Shown: piece by piece, positions 1-9,880 of the stretch
How the letters are laid out: each line of letters begins with the position of its first letter
Numbering within the stretch: the first letter of the stretch is position 1
Source: Flavobacteriales bacterium
Lineage (GTDB): Bacteria > Bacteroidota > Bacteroidia > NS11-12g > UBA955
DNA: 64,000 nucleotides
Direction of reading: 5' to 3'
NCBI GenBank assembly: GCA_947463435.1
Contig: CANHTS010000001.1
Location: forward strand, 3,700-67,699
Notes under the pieces: generated by a model
Seen by the model: the letters and a program-made list of their open reading frames with translations, nothing else
Told to the model about the DNA's origin: nothing
Databases searched by the model: none
Program-made: the position numbers and the translations under genes

Positions 1-1963
1 CGCCGTACATGGGCATAAAGAGGAAAGCGTTGCGCTTTACCGGAAACAGCGAATTGTAAATCATCAGGCCGGGCATATAGCCGTCGTAACGGTTGAAGGC
101 CGTGAGCACCGGAGCGATATACATCCTCGACTTCAGGGGGTCGAAATCGCTGGCTACGAATTTGATCTGCAGCGGGTTCATGGTGCGCAGGATGCCTTTG
201 CTGCGGGAATAGTCGTTGCTCCTGCGCATTTCAGGTGCTGTGCCGTATGGGTCGAGCCGCACGCCGGAACCGCGGCCTTCCAGCGTGAATTCCTTCTTGC
301 CGCTGAAGCCGTCTGTCCATAAGGTACTGATGGCCTTGTCGCCGTCCATTAGCGCCAGCTGCAATGGTCCGTTCACGCCACTGCGGTTGCGCACCGTTAC
401 TTTGGTCTGTCCTTCGGGTGATTTGCGCGAAACACGCACCATTCCATAATCTACCGGACGGTTGGTTTCAATCAGGTCTTTGAAAAACCAGCCCAGGTCT
501 TTGCCCGAAATCTTTTCGAAAACATCGCGCATGTCGCCGGGCAGCGGATGCCGGAACGACCACGTGTTGAAATAGGCCTGGGTACAGGAGTCGAATATGC
601 GCCGGCCGAGGTACGATTCGAGATAGGATATCAGCTCGGGCGTATGGCCGTAGACCGATGTGCCGTAGCGCAGGCTGCCATATTTCTCGGAATGAAGTCC
701 GGGAGGAAGGTAAAGCCCGGTATTGTAAAGGCTCAGCAGGTAAGGTTCGCTTCCTTCGGTGAGGTTGAAGCCGCGGCCGGAGTTGGGGGTTTTGCGCGGA
801 CTGAAATACTTGATCGTTTGTTTTTCGAAGTAGCTGTTTACACCTTCGTCCATCCAAGGGTAATCGCGTTCCTGAGAACCAATCATGCCCTGGAACCAGT
901 TGTGCCCCACTTCGTGGATGATCACATCGCGGTTGAGCGACTGCACATTGGTGATCATCGGATATTCCATGCCGCCGCCGCTTTTCAGCGCCGTTTCTAC
1001 AACCGTGCAGTGTTCGTAGGGATAGTCGCCGTTGCGTTTGGAGTAATGCACCAGTGCCTGACGGATATAATCGAGGCTTTCTTTGGAAGGGCGTTTGCGC
1101 GCCAGCACCCAGCCTTCCACCTTGCGGCCGGAGAGCAGCTGCAGCGTTTCGCGGCGGGCTTTGAAATGGCGATCGCAGAACCAGGCAAAATCATGCACCT
1201 TGTCTTGCACAAAATGCCAGGTGAAATGCGTGCCTTCAGCCTTCCAGTCTTCACCTTCGGCAAGGGCTTCCATCCGTTTGCGGATGCCGCTGTCTTGCAG
1301 CACGCCGGTTGCTGCCACCACATAAGATGAAGGAGTGGTGATGTGCACATCGTAACGGCCGTATTCATAATAGAACTCACCCTGGTCGAGGTAGGGGAAG
1401 ATATTCCAGCCGTTTACATCGTATACGGCGGGTTTGGGAAACCATTGGGTGATCTGGTAACCAGACGAATCATGCCCGAATCGGGAAAATTGTTCCGGAA
1501 TACGGACATTGAAGTCGATATCGAGTTTCAGGCTGGATCCGGCGGGCAAGGCTTTGGGTAAGACGAGCTTAACGATATCCGCATGTTCCGGATGTGCTTC
1601 CCAGGCCAGATTCACGCCATCGAGCCGGAAGATCAGCTTCTCGTAGCCACCGCGCGCATCCTTCTTCGCATAAAATATTCCCGGCTGGAAGCCATTGATC
1701 TGCTGTTTGGCCAAAGCACTTTGGTTGTCGCGGTAGGCGTTGGCAAACACGTGGAACCAGATTTCGTTCAGCGCGTTCGGACTGTTGTTCACATATTCAA
1801 CCTGTTCGGATGCATAGAGCATCTGGGCGGTATCGTCGAGCCTTACAGAGATCGTGTGGTTCACCTGTTGCTGCCAGTTTGCCTGCCGGATGGCTTTAGA
1901 TCCGGATTGGGCGAAAAGGCCTGCAAAGGGAAGGAGCAGAAGGAAGCTGAGGGCGTTTTTCAT
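1..1963 (-). CDS. M1-family zinc metallopeptidase (aminopeptidase N-like), 5' end complete, 3' end runs off window
   Basis: Reverse-strand translation gives signal peptide MKNALSFLLLLPFAGLFAQS at 1963 and HEVGHNWFQ (HExxH) around 890-930 with downstream WMDEG glutamate; ATG checked at 1961-1963; the six-frame track lacks it because the ORF is open at the window edge. Confidence 0.8.
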   Translation of the reverse strand, partial: MKNALSFLLLLPFAGLFAQSGSKAIRQANWQQQVNHTISVRLDDTAQMLYASEQVEYVNNSPNALNEIWFHVFANAYRDNQSALAKQQINGFQPGIFYAKKDARGGYEKLIFRLDGVNLAWEAHPEHADIVKLVLPKALPAGSSLKLDIDFNVRIPEQFSRFGHDSSGYQITQWFPKPAVYDVNGWNIFPYLDQGEFYYEYGRYDVHITTPSSYVVAATGVLQDSGIRKRMEALAEGEDWKAEGTHFTWHFVQDKVHDFAWFCDRHFKARRETLQLLSGRKVEGWVLARKRPSKESLDYIRQALVHYSKRNGDYPYEHCTVVETALKSGGGMEYPMITNVQSLNRDVIIHEVGHNWFQGMIGSQERDYPWMDEGVNSYFEKQTIKYFSPRKTPNSGRGFNLTEGSEPYLLSLYNTGLYLPPGLHSEKYGSLRYGTSVYGHTPELISYLESYLGRRIFDSCTQAYFNTWSFRHPLPGDMRDVFEKISGKDLGWFFKDLIETNRPVDYGMVRVSRKSPEGQTKVTVRNRSGVNGPLQLALMDGDKAISTLWTDGFSGKKEFTLEGRGSGVRLDPYGTAPEMRRSNDYSRSKGILRTMNPLQIKFVASDFDPLKSRMYIAPVLTAFNRYDGYMPGLMIYNSLFPVKRNAFLFMPMYG

Positions 1964-2046
1964 CCGGCGTGCAATATAAAATGTGAATAACTGTTTCAGG
2001 AAGATAGAACAGCGATAAAAAGGGTGTTATAAATTCGAATCTACTG

Positions 2047-3510
2047 ATGATGGAGAACCTGCCACCCGATTTCGGCTTCGATCCCGAAGAAAGTCCGGGA
2101 ATGCACCCCATCGAATTTCTGGCAAAGGAGTTTGAGGCGGAAACGCGCGCCTACTACAGCCAGGAGGAGCTGGAAGAGTTGAGCGACTATTACCTGAATG
2201 GGATGGACTTAGATCCATCCATGGGAGAATGGTTGCTGAAAGTGTGCACGATTGGCCAGCGCGATTATCCTTATTGCAGCCAGTTTTTGCTCAGTGCAGC
2301 GCGGGTGCATTTCATCGAAAACGCGTTTTCACGGGCCCAGCGCCTGGTTACCAAGGCCGGCCTGCTCGACCGGACCGAACCGGAGCTATACCTCATGCAA
2401 GGGCTGCTCCACGCAAGTTGCAACGAAAATCCCGCAGCACGTGACAGTTTTCTCCGGGCCATTGAACTTGCCGAGAACCGGCAGGAAATGATCAGCCAGG
2501 TCTGCAACGATTTGATTCAGTTTGGGTTTCGCGAACAGGCCGTCCCCCTGCTGGAAGAAATATCCGAAACAGACTCGCTTGACCCTTGGGTGCTCGATTC
2601 GGTTGTGCATTACTACCTTGAAAAGGATTTACCGGCCAATGCAGCCGAACTTGTGCAACGGCATATCGACGCCGATCCCTACAACGGCGCTTACTGGAAC
2701 ACCATCGGGCAGATCTACCGCCATCTGGGTTTGAATGAAAAAGCGATCTGGGCCTTCGATTTCAGCCTGGCCATCGAAGAAAACGACCTGACAGCCATCC
2801 TCAACAAGTTCGAAACCCAGTACGACACTGGTGACTTTCACGGTGCGCGTCAAACCTATAACGCGGTCGACAAAGGCCTGGAACTTGGGCAACCCTACAA
2901 CAACATGTTTGCGTGGACCCTTTACGAAACAGGTTCGGTGAAGGAAGCGCGCAATATGTACCGCGAAACGGTGAACGAAGATCCGGAGGATGCCGAGGCC
3001 TGGTATGGCATGGCCCTTACCTATATGCGCGATGCCGAGGAGAATCCGGAGATTGCTCCGGCTGCCAACCTGCGTGCCGCATTGCTCTGCCTTCAGAAGG
3101 CTGTCTTGCTGCAGCCGGAGGAGAAACAATACCGGATGTTGCAAGCCGAAGCCCTCGGGTTGGACGGGCTGGTCATGGAAAGCAATGAGGTGTACGTCGA
3201 TCTCAGCAAGCGTTTTCCGCTCGATCCGGAAATCTGGACCGAATGGGCCTGGATGCTGCGAAACAACGGCAACGACGAAGCGGCTGCCATCGTTCTGTCG
3301 AAATCGCTCGAACACCTGTCCGGTAACCCGGAGCTACTCTATCTGTACGCAGCCGCCTGTTTCCGCAGCCATCAGCCCGCAGCCGGAATAGAAGCGCTCG
3401 AACAAGCGCTGCACGAAAACTTCGCAGAACACCCGGCCTTGTTTAATTTCGCCCCGGAACTGAAGCAGGTACACGCAGTCCAAATGCTGATTACCCGCTT
3501 TACTCCTTGA
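2047..3510 (+). CDS. TPR-repeat protein
   Basis: 487-aa ORF, ATG at 2047/2050, helical Ala/Leu/Tyr/Trp-rich repeats typical of tetratricopeptide repeats. Confidence 0.55.
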   Translation: MMENLPPDFGFDPEESPGMHPIEFLAKEFEAETRAYYSQEELEELSDYYLNGMDLDPSMGEWLLKVCTIGQRDYPYCSQFLLSAARVHFIENAFSRAQRLVTKAGLLDRTEPELYLMQGLLHASCNENPAARDSFLRAIELAENRQEMISQVCNDLIQFGFREQAVPLLEEISETDSLDPWVLDSVVHYYLEKDLPANAAELVQRHIDADPYNGAYWNTIGQIYRHLGLNEKAIWAFDFSLAIEENDLTAILNKFETQYDTGDFHGARQTYNAVDKGLELGQPYNNMFAWTLYETGSVKEARNMYRETVNEDPEDAEAWYGMALTYMRDAEENPEIAPAANLRAALLCLQKAVLLQPEEKQYRMLQAEALGLDGLVMESNEVYVDLSKRFPLDPEIWTEWAWMLRNNGNDEAAAIVLSKSLEHLSGNPELLYLYAAACFRSHQPAAGIEALEQALHENFAEHPALFNFAPELKQVHAVQMLITRFTP

Positions 3511-3515
3511 TAGGC

Positions 3516-4292
3516 ATGCACAACGATATCTTCAAACTTCAATCCCTGCCCGAACGCACTGAAAAGCCCCGGCAGAACGGTCTTACTATGGTGATGGACA
3601 AAGGTCTGACCCTCAAAGAGGCATCAGACTTTATCGAAAACCACGCCGACCATACCGATATTATTAAACTGGGCTTTGGTACTGCCGTAGTTACCCGGCA
3701 TATCGAAGAAAAGGTTAAACTCTATCAGGATGCCGGCATCCCGGTCTATTTCGGCGGTACCCTCTTTGAAGCCTACGTGGTGCGCAATCAGTTTGAAGAT
3801 TACCTCCGGGTACTCGATCATTTCCGTGTAGACCACGCCGAGGTAAGTGATGGTTCTATCGAGATGCCGCACGATGTAAAGTGCGACTATATCCGCCGCC
3901 TGGCTACCCGCGCCACCGTGCTCAGCGAAGTGGGTTCGAAAGATGCAGAGAAAATTATTCCGCCATACGAGTGGATCGAGCAGATGGAAACAGAGTTGCA
4001 GGCCGGCGCCTGGAAAGTGATAGCCGAAGCCCGCGAAAGCGGAACCGTAGGCATCTTCCGCGGTTCGGGTGAGGTGCGTTCAGGTCTGGTAGCTGAAATC
4101 ATCCGCAAGATTCCCCTGGAAAAAGTGATCTGGGAAGCCCCGCTCAAAGCGCAGCAGGTGTGGTTTATCAAGCTCTATGGTACCAATGTCAACCTGGGTA
4201 ACATTGCACCCAACGAAGTAATACCGCTCGAAACCCTGCGCATCGGCCTCCGCGGCGATAGCTTCCATTTCTTCCTGGACAGCCAGGCTTGA
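3516..4292 (+). CDS. comA: (2R)-phospho-3-sulfolactate synthase family protein (ComA-like)
   Basis: N-terminal PERTEKPRQNGLTMVMDKGL and IIKLGFGTAV match the ComA family; track start 3507 is TTG, first ATG is 3516 (MHNDIF). Confidence 0.65.
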   Translation: MHNDIFKLQSLPERTEKPRQNGLTMVMDKGLTLKEASDFIENHADHTDIIKLGFGTAVVTRHIEEKVKLYQDAGIPVYFGGTLFEAYVVRNQFEDYLRVLDHFRVDHAEVSDGSIEMPHDVKCDYIRRLATRATVLSEVGSKDAEKIIPPYEWIEQMETELQAGAWKVIAEARESGTVGIFRGSGEVRSGLVAEIIRKIPLEKVIWEAPLKAQQVWFIKLYGTNVNLGNIAPNEVIPLETLRIGLRGDSFHFFLDSQA

Positions 4293-4441
4293 TGTATTAA
4301 GGTCGGTTGCTGTCCTTCGGGTCTTTTTAGTTCTTTGAACTTTGCAAAGGACTAAAAAGGACAAAAGGGACATGGCCCTGGCAATTGTTTTATCCAGAAT
4401 ACACAACCCGGCATGCATTAGGCCGAATCATCTGTTTGCCT

Positions 4442-5551
4442 TCACTTGGAAATCCCAAACCGTATCGAAATCAGATTCGAGTACAAGCCGGTTCCAGCTT
4501 CGCCAAAGCCGCTGATGGCGTAATCGAGCGTGAACGACTGGATGCGCAGCCCTATGCCGGCTGCTGGTTGTGCCCGCCATACCTGGTTGCCCTTGGGGCC
4601 TGTTTCGCGCTGCAGGTTGTACACGCCCGTGCGCAGGTATAAAATGCGGTCTTCATCGCCGGCCTCGAGCTTGTAACCAAATTCGGCTCCGGCATGCGGG
4701 TCGAGGCTGAAGATGCCGGTCCGGACGATGGTATTCCGACGCCCGTCCCACGTGACATCGATATTCCCCTCGGCCGTGAGCAGCCATCGGTCGCGGTCTA
4801 TCGTCTTGGCCAGACCACCAATCACTCTTGGCAATCCGATTTCCAGGCTGTTGCGCGGAATGGTGTTGCCGGTGAGGGCCAGCACATCTTTCTGCGCATC
4901 GGTGAAGCGAAACTCCCATGCATTGTAACTCGAAGTAATATCGCGCGCCATCAGTCCCCAGGTGATGCCCGAGCGCGGATTGTCCATCCGCAACCCGGCA
5001 TCGAGGCTGAAACCCCAGGCCCGGGCAAACGGCCCCACACGGCGGTGTATCACCTTCATGCTGCTGCCGTAGCTGAAGGCGCTGCGCCGGTAGCGCTTGA
5101 GCTTCTTCTCGCGCGCATAGTTCACGAAGAAGCCGTAGTCGACCGCTGAAAAAGTGCTGATGCGGTCGTAGTTGATTTGTCCGTTTTGGATGAGATCGAG
5201 CGTATTGAGGATGCCATCCACCCCAAAACGCACTACGCCGAAACCGAAAGCATCGTCGTTGCTTCCCTTGGCGGCCAGGGCCAGGTAATCGTAATTGGCC
5301 AGTCCCTGATAGTAGGAAGCGTGCATGAACGCGGCCTGCACATCATCTTTCATGGCCGTAAGCCCGGCTGGGTTCCAATAGCCAGCATAGGCGTCGTTGC
5401 TCGTCGCTACCACGGCGCGGCCCATCGCAAAGGCGCGGGCTCCTGTGCCCATGTGCAGGAACTCATTCACATACTTGCGCGCCGCCTGCGCTCTCGCCGT
5501 TTCAGCAGAAACGAGGAGCAGAAGGAACACAAAGAAGCGAAGCAGTTTCAT
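4442..5551 (-). CDS. T9SS PorV/PorQ-family FadL-like outer-membrane beta-barrel protein
   Basis: Signal peptide MKLLRFFVFLLLLVSAETARA; motif FLHMGTGARAFAMGRAVVATSNDAYAGYWNPAGL typical of PorV/PorQ; ATG verified at 5549-5551; 369 aa fits PorQ size. Confidence 0.6.
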   Translation of the reverse strand: MKLLRFFVFLLLLVSAETARAQAARKYVNEFLHMGTGARAFAMGRAVVATSNDAYAGYWNPAGLTAMKDDVQAAFMHASYYQGLANYDYLALAAKGSNDDAFGFGVVRFGVDGILNTLDLIQNGQINYDRISTFSAVDYGFFVNYAREKKLKRYRRSAFSYGSSMKVIHRRVGPFARAWGFSLDAGLRMDNPRSGITWGLMARDITSSYNAWEFRFTDAQKDVLALTGNTIPRNSLEIGLPRVIGGLAKTIDRDRWLLTAEGNIDVTWDGRRNTIVRTGIFSLDPHAGAEFGYKLEAGDEDRILYLRTGVYNLQRETGPKGNQVWRAQPAAGIGLRIQSFTLDYAISGFGEAGTGLYSNLISIRFGISK

Positions 5552-6301
5552 TCAGAGCAGCGATATTCGTTCTGTGACAAGGGCTTCGGCTTCGGGCAGA
5601 AGATTGCGGACAGCCTCCTGCTGGGCCACGGTCCATTCGGGCGTAACCTTTGCCTGCATGTAAATGCGCATCAGGCTGTAGGTCATCGCGCCGTCGTCGG
5701 GATAATGATAAAGATAAGCGACCGTGTTAAAACGCTCAAAGCGCTGCAGGAAAGTGCCGGCATCCAATTGCGCATCTTCCAGGAATCGGGTGGTGGCAGT
5801 GGGAGAGGTATTGCGCAGGCTGTGGTAAAAGGCGTCGAGTAAGGTGGGGGCTTGTTTCATCAGCACGCGGTCGAGCATCAGTTCCACCAGCAGATGGGCC
5901 GCCAGCCAGGTACGCGGAACCGTTTTGCCCAGTTCTTCACGGCGAAACAGCTCTTTCAAAGCCGCGTCAGCTTCCTTGAAATAGGCAGAACCATGGAAGT
6001 GGCGATCGCGTTCCAGGTGCATCAGGCAGCCTTCCCACAAAGCCTGAACCTCGCTGTCTCCCTGAGCCGGAGCCAGTTGTTCAACCCGCACCCTGCTGCC
6101 CGGTAGGAAATTCCGCAAGAAATCAGGCAATACCAGACCGGTATTGTAAGGGTGCTGCTCCAGGCGATGGTCGAAATAAAAGTGGGCGAAGAAATTCAGA
6201 AATGCAAAGGTAGAAAGAGAAAAGTGCCAAGTCGTATAAGAAACGTTTATCCCGGATCGTGCATTAAAAAATGCGTTATAAGGGTAAAAAGCCCACTGCA
6301 A
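5552..6301 (-). CDS. Acyl carrier protein phosphodiesterase-like protein (AcpH/DUF479), start uncertain
   Basis: LNFFAHFYFDH...HLERDRHFH resembles AcpH MNFLAHLHLA...H..R.D; track start 6301 is TTG; stop TGA directly abuts the ATG of the PorQ-like gene. Confidence 0.45.
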   Translation of the reverse strand: MQWAFYPYNAFFNARSGINVSYTTWHFSLSTFAFLNFFAHFYFDHRLEQHPYNTGLVLPDFLRNFLPGSRVRVEQLAPAQGDSEVQALWEGCLMHLERDRHFHGSAYFKEADAALKELFRREELGKTVPRTWLAAHLLVELMLDRVLMKQAPTLLDAFYHSLRNTSPTATTRFLEDAQLDAGTFLQRFERFNTVAYLYHYPDDGAMTYSLMRIYMQAKVTPEWTVAQQEAVRNLLPEAEALVTERISLL

Positions 6302-6566
6302 CGGCTATCGGATAGGCTTATTTCTTTACGAGGCAATGCACTTAATTATGCGTGGAGGGAATACAGCGTACCACATATTCCACTGGTTTTTAGGCAGGAA
6401 TAGATTTTGTCACGCGTTGGGTTTACAAGCCCGTGTAGCATATCCTGGCGAATCTTTGACTTCCTTATTTGAGCGGAATCAATCGCAGGGCGCCTGGCGG
6501 CATTTTGCCGGGAACCCAAAACTTCGCCACACTTACAAGGACGTGAGGACAGACTATCTTCGCGGC

Positions 6567-7352
6567 GTGATCATCCACTTACACGGGAAAACCGCCTTGG
6601 TTTGCGGCAGCACCCAGGGTATCGGGAAAGCGGTAGCCCATCAATTGGCAGCTGCCGGGGCTTCGTGCATCCTGTTGGCCCGCAATGCCGAACGCCTGCA
6701 GGCCGTTTGCGATGCATTGCCGGCTGAATCTGGGCAGCAACACCGTTTCTACCTTGCCGATTTCGCGGATACTGCTTCTGTACAGGCTGCAGCTGCACAA
6801 ATTGCCGAAGATGGCGGAGCGGATATCCTCGTGAACAATACCGGTGGTCCGCCGGCCGGTCCCATTACCGCTGCCGGAACCGACGCCTTCCTCGATGCTT
6901 TCCGCCTCCACCTTCTCAACAACCACCAGCTTGCGCAGGCTTTGCTTCCGGGTATGAAAGCCCGCGGACAAGGACGCATCATCAATATCATCAGCACTTC
7001 GGTGAAAGTGCCCTTGCACAACCTCGGCGTGAGCAATACCATCCGCGCTGCTGTGGGCAACTGGAGCAAGACGCTGGCCAACGAAACGGCGGCATTCGGC
7101 ATCACAGTGAACAATGTGCTGCCTGGTGCCACCCGCACCGAAAGGCTCAGCAGTATCATCAGCGGCAAGGCTGCCCGCACCGGTGTGAGCGAAGAAACCG
7201 TGCGCGATGAAATGCTGGCCGAGATTCCTGCCGGGCGCTTTGGTACACCGGAGGAAGTAGCGCATGCCGTGGTCTTTCTTGCCTCTGAGCAGGCGGCATA
7301 TATCACCGGCACCAACATCGTGGTCGACGGCGGCCGCACGCCCAACCTGTAA
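6567..7352 (+). CDS. SDR-family oxidoreductase
   Basis: GKTALVCGSTQGIGKAVA Rossmann motif plus NNTG and catalytic region; start taken as in-frame GTG at 6567; the upstream ATG at 6336 adds an 77-aa non-protein-like extension. Confidence 0.8.
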   Translation: MIIHLHGKTALVCGSTQGIGKAVAHQLAAAGASCILLARNAERLQAVCDALPAESGQQHRFYLADFADTASVQAAAAQIAEDGGADILVNNTGGPPAGPITAAGTDAFLDAFRLHLLNNHQLAQALLPGMKARGQGRIINIISTSVKVPLHNLGVSNTIRAAVGNWSKTLANETAAFGITVNNVLPGATRTERLSSIISGKAARTGVSEETVRDEMLAEIPAGRFGTPEEVAHAVVFLASEQAAYITGTNIVVDGGRTPNL

Positions 7353-7382
7353 TACCTGCACTTGACCGATTCACCCGCATCC

Positions 7383-8969
7383 ATGTCAGGCCCCGACGCA
7401 AGCAGGCACAACCGCAAAGTTGCGGTGATCATCGGCGCCGGACCGGCCGGGCTTACCGCAGCGCGTGAATTGCTGGAACGCACCGATATCCTGCCGATAA
7501 TTCTCGAGGCAGATACAGCCATCGGCGGCATCTCGCGCACCGTCGAATACAAGGGCAACCGGATGGATATCGGCGGCCATCGCTTCTTCAGCAAGAGCGA
7601 GCGCGTTATGCAGTGGTGGCTGGAACGCATGCCCGTCGAAGGCGGCAAGAGTGGCGATATCGATATCCGCTACCACGGGCAGAGCACCCGTGTGCATCCC
7701 GGCAATGGCGATCCCGAGAAAGAAGACCTCGTGATGCTGGTAAGGCGGCGGGTGTCGCGCATCTATTTCCTGCGCCGATTCTTCCGTTATCCCGTGACCC
7801 TCAGCCTCGAAACCATGCGCAACCTGGGTTTGCCCCGCATGACGCGCATCCTCTTCAGCTACCTGCGCTATCGTTTCTTTCCCGTCAAGCCCGAAGTGAG
7901 CCTCGAAGACTTCTTCATCAACCGCTTCGGCAAAGAGCTGTACCTCACCTTTTTCAAGGATTATACCGAGAAAGTATGGGGTTTCAAGTGCCATGAGATT
8001 TCGAAAGACTGGGGTGCGCAGCGCGTCAAAGGCCTGAGCATTTCCAAAACCATCGCCCATGCCCTGAAGCAGCTGGCCGGAAGCAACAAGAAAGACCTGC
8101 GCCAGCGCGGAACAGAGACTTCCTTGATCGAACAATTTCTCTATCCGAAACTCGGTCCGGGGCAGATGTGGGAACATGTGGCTGCCGAAATCAGCGCCCG
8201 AGGCGGTGAACTGTATACGGGTATGGAAGTTTGCGGCGTGGGTTCGTCCAACGGCGGGCTGTCGCTCGATACTGTTTATGCCCGCAACGCAGCCGGCGTG
8301 GGACAGGCGTTCAAGGCCGATTATGTGTTTTCTACTATGCCGGTCAAAGACCTCGTGGCCGGTATGCGCTTCCCGGTGCCGGAAGCTGTGAAAACGATCG
8401 CGGAGGGTTTGCCTTATCGCGATTTCATCACCGTCGGGCTGCTCCTGAAAAAGCTCACGGTAGACGGCAAAGCGGGTACCATACCCGACAATTGGGTCTA
8501 TATCCAGGAACGCGATGTCAAGATCGGGCGACTGCAGGTCTTCAACAATTGGAGTCCATGGCTGGTGAAAGACCCAGAAACCGTTTGGCTTGGGCTGGAA
8601 TATTTCTGCATGGAAGGCGATGAACTCTGGTCGATGGACGATGCGGCACTGCGCCATTTTGCCGCCGCTGAACTCGAGCAAATCGGGCTGATTGAGCAGC
8701 GTGATGTGCTCGACGGAACCGTCATCCGCATGAAGAAAACTTATCCCGCCTATACCGGTGTGTACAGCGACTTCGATACCGTGCGCCAGTACCTCGACAG
8801 CATTGAAAACCTTTACCCGATCGGCCGCAACGGCATGCACAAGTACAACAACAGCGACCACAGCATGCTCACAGCCATGACGGCAGTAGATAATATCGCA
8901 GCCGGACGCCGCGACAAGGCCAACCTCTGGGCCATCAACACGGAGATGGAATACCACGAAAGCAAATGA
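7383..8969 (+). CDS. NAD(P)/FAD-dependent oxidoreductase (Rossmann, amine-oxidase/UGM-like fold)
   Basis: [20 protein letters not shown] dinucleotide-binding motif and GGHRFF; ATG at 7383 in frame (track start 7362 is TTG); stop overlaps the menA start (ATGA). Confidence 0.75.
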   Translation: MSGPDASRHNRKVAVIIGAGPAGLTAARELLERTDILPIILEADTAIGGISRTVEYKGNRMDIGGHRFFSKSERVMQWWLERMPVEGGKSGDIDIRYHGQSTRVHPGNGDPEKEDLVMLVRRRVSRIYFLRRFFRYPVTLSLETMRNLGLPRMTRILFSYLRYRFFPVKPEVSLEDFFINRFGKELYLTFFKDYTEKVWGFKCHEISKDWGAQRVKGLSISKTIAHALKQLAGSNKKDLRQRGTETSLIEQFLYPKLGPGQMWEHVAAEISARGGELYTGMEVCGVGSSNGGLSLDTVYARNAAGVGQAFKADYVFSTMPVKDLVAGMRFPVPEAVKTIAEGLPYRDFITVGLLLKKLTVDGKAGTIPDNWVYIQERDVKIGRLQVFNNWSPWLVKDPETVWLGLEYFCMEGDELWSMDDAALRHFAAAELEQIGLIEQRDVLDGTVIRMKKTYPAYTGVYSDFDTVRQYLDSIENLYPIGRNGMHKYNNSDHSMLTAMTAVDNIAAGRRDKANLWAINTEMEYHESK

Positions 8970-9880
8970 ACCTCAAACCCTGGATCCGCGCTGCCCGCCT
9001 CCGCACGCTGCCATTGGCGGCCGCAGGGGTATTGCTGGGTAGTTTCCTGGCAGCTGATGACCTCCAGCCCCTGGTACTCGCTGCCGCACTCGCCACTGCC
9101 TTGCTGCTGCAGATACTCAGCAACTACGCCAACGATTACGGCGACTATATCAAAGGAACCGATAAGGCGGCAGGACGCGCAGACCGCATGCTCACCAGCG
9201 GCGAAATCAAACCCGCTGCCATGCGCAAGGCCCTAATCGCGCTGGCTTTGCTGGCCCTCTGCAGCGGCCTCTTCGCCTTGCGGCCCGTATACGATAACGC
9301 CTTTCAAACCTGGCTCATCCTCTTGCTCGTCGGCCTCCTCGCCATCTGGGCCGCCATTCAGTACACCGCCGGAAAACGCGCCTACGGTTATTATGGCATG
9401 GGCGACCTGGCTGTTGTACTCTTCTTCGGTCTTTTCGCTGTAAACGGCACCTATTACCTACATGCCGCCCGTTTCGATGTTTATGTCGGCATTGTATCGC
9501 TCGGCCTCGGTTTCCTGGCCGCCGGCGTGCTCAATGTCAACAATACCCGCGACCTGGTAAGCGATACCCTGAGCAACAAGCACACCATCGCCGTAAGGCT
9601 CGGATTCGCCGGCGCGAGGCGCTACCAGTCCATTTTGCTCGGTTTTGGCATGGTGGCCATGGTCTTGCCTTTGTATATCGCATACGGACGCAGTTTTATT
9701 CCCTCCGCGCTGCTGATTCTCATCCTCGGCCGCCTGCACCTGCGCCGCTTTACGCACATTGCCCAGGCTGCGCGCAACGATTACAACCGTGAACTCAAGC
9801 GCCTCAGCCTTTCCATCCTGGCCATGGTGCTGGGCATCGGCATCTGGATGTGGGTCCGCTTAACCTTTGCGGTTGCGTGA
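8966..9880 (+). CDS. menA: 1,4-dihydroxy-2-naphthoate polyprenyltransferase
   Basis: [36 protein letters not shown] and VLNVNNTRD...HTIAVRLG align closely with E. coli MenA; UbiA superfamily. Confidence 0.85.
   Translation: MNLKPWIRAARLRTLPLAAAGVLLGSFLAADDLQPLVLAAALATALLLQILSNYANDYGDYIKGTDKAAGRADRMLTSGEIKPAAMRKALIALALLALCSGLFALRPVYDNAFQTWLILLLVGLLAIWAAIQYTAGKRAYGYYGMGDLAVVLFFGLFAVNGTYYLHAARFDVYVGIVSLGLGFLAAGVLNVNNTRDLVSDTLSNKHTIAVRLGFAGARRYQSILLGFGMVAMVLPLYIAYGRSFIPSALLILILGRLHLRRFTHIAQAARNDYNRELKRLSLSILAMVLGIGIWMWVRLTFAVA

Noticed and set aside
548-1990. Plus-strand ORFs of 260, 72 and 135 aa
   Set aside because: Shadow ORFs antisense to the M1 peptidase gene, whose HExxH motif and signal peptide identify the true coding strand.
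4310-4326. CCTTCGGG mini-hairpin plus T-run as comA terminator
   Set aside because: The stem is only 2-3 bp and thermodynamically implausible. Noted only as a weak possibility.
6336-6566. Upstream ATG start for the SDR gene
   Set aside because: The resulting 77-aa N-terminal extension (MHLIMRGGNTAYHIFHWFLGRNRF...) has no protein-like character and precedes the canonical SDR Gly-rich motif. The in-frame GTG at 6567 gives a normal 261-aa SDR.
7386-8957. 523-aa ORF on the minus strand
   Set aside because: Fully antisense to the FAD oxidoreductase gene, which has clear Rossmann motifs. A long open antisense frame is expected at about 60% GC. No recognisable motifs.
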